This document shows, piece by piece, positions 63,404 to 64,000 of a stretch of 64,000 nt of DNA. Where the stretch lies: positions 66,452 through 130,451 of the forward strand of contig CAWJIC010000033.1 in assembly GCA_963842755.1 (NCBI GenBank), in the 5' to 3' direction. The position numbers were made by a program, and so were the translations under genes. The notes beneath the pieces were generated by a model. The model did not search any database. It was not told the DNA's origin and worked only from the letters and a program-made list of their open reading frames with translations. This stretch comes from an uncultured Chloroflexia bacterium. Lineage in GTDB: Bacteria > Chloroflexota > Limnocylindria > Limnocylindrales > CSP1-4. How positions within the stretch are numbered: the first letter of the stretch is position 1; each line of letters opens with the position of its first letter.

Positions 63404-64000
63404 ATGGCTAACCACCCCGCGCCTCCCCTGTCGGTCAACGAGTTCCGATCTCGAGATCCTCCGGGCGCTCGTTCGAGCGCGGACGACGGAGCAGCGGCTG
63501 GTCCAGCGCGCGAGGATCGTCCTGCGCGCCGCCGAGGGCACGCCGAACCGCCGGATCGCCACCGAGCTCGGGGTGGCCACCATGACGGTCAAGCTCTGGC
63601 GAGGCCGGTACGCGCGCTCGGGCATCGCCGGGCTCGCGGATGAGGCCCGCCCCGGGCACCCCCCGACGTACAGCCGCGAAGAGCGGGACTGGGTCATCGC
63701 CCTCGCCCTCGGGCCTCCGTCCGACGGGCCAACCCACTGGAGCGCCCGCCGGATGGCGAACCGGGTGACGATGAGCGAGACGACCGTCTGGCGGATCTGG
63801 CGGACGGTCGCCCCGCCCCCCACCGGACCGAGACGTTCAAGTTCAGCACTGATCCCGACCTCGTGGCGAAGATCCGCGACGTGGTCGGGCTGTACCTCGA
63901 CCCGCCCGAGCGAGCGATCGTCCTCTGCCTCGACGAGAAGACCCAGATCCAGGCGCTCGATCGGACCCAGCCGATGCTGCCGATGAAGCCCGGGCAGGTC
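63404..64000 (+). mobile_element. IS630-family transposase gene (3' end outside window), broken by at least two indels as assembled
   Basis: [69 protein letters not shown]... HTH region. After a frame change near 63805-63821 comes [49 protein letters not shown] (start of the DDE domain). The N-terminal MANHPAPP is in a third phase. Confidence 0.75.

Overview
High-GC bacterial chromosome segment. LCP, a PspC-type kinase, Rv3369-like PPOX and Tat/lipobox signals suggest Actinobacteria or Chloroflexi, by inference only. Genes are densely packed and often translationally coupled. About two thirds is core metabolism: tsaD-rsmA-ispE-ridA-glmU, recO, glyQS, NfnAB-like oxidoreductase plus FNR, ppdK, tdk and a DEAD-box helicase. 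There are also polyamine/guanidino-compound genes: a PotBCD-like importer, an agmatinase-family enzyme, amidase, APC permease and a fused spermidine-synthase-like membrane protein.

Accessory content:
- Three paralogous Cys-rich lipoproteins sit next to a peptidoglycan-binding MFP / MacB-type ABC exporter.
- A two-component system lies beside a tandem-cupredoxin lipoprotein.
- A lipoprotein serpin is present.
- A visibly AT-richer scar at about 49.4-50.9 kb holds a 5' stub of a restriction-helicase-like gene and a tRNA 3'-end fragment, which looks like an att remnant.
- Directly after the scar is the most unusual locus (50.9-56.7 kb): a CxxC thioredoxin-fold protein, a divergent CstA-family permease and a divergent N-anchored protein. 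These are followed by a tightly coupled operon of two small paralogous proteins sharing a PPYYSLRLLP core and two half-size, cysteine-free ArsA/Get3-like ATPases. I cannot assign it to any described system.
- A PspC-type envelope-stress module, a frameshifted ABC-2 transporter and a broken IS630 transposase close the window.

Caveat: at least ten single-base indels, mostly in G/C runs, interrupt otherwise well-conserved genes. These include glyQS and ppdK (four indels). This pattern most likely reflects consensus errors rather than biology.

No rRNA, intact tRNA or CRISPR array was seen. Many long ORFs in the track are off-frame or antisense artefacts of high GC.
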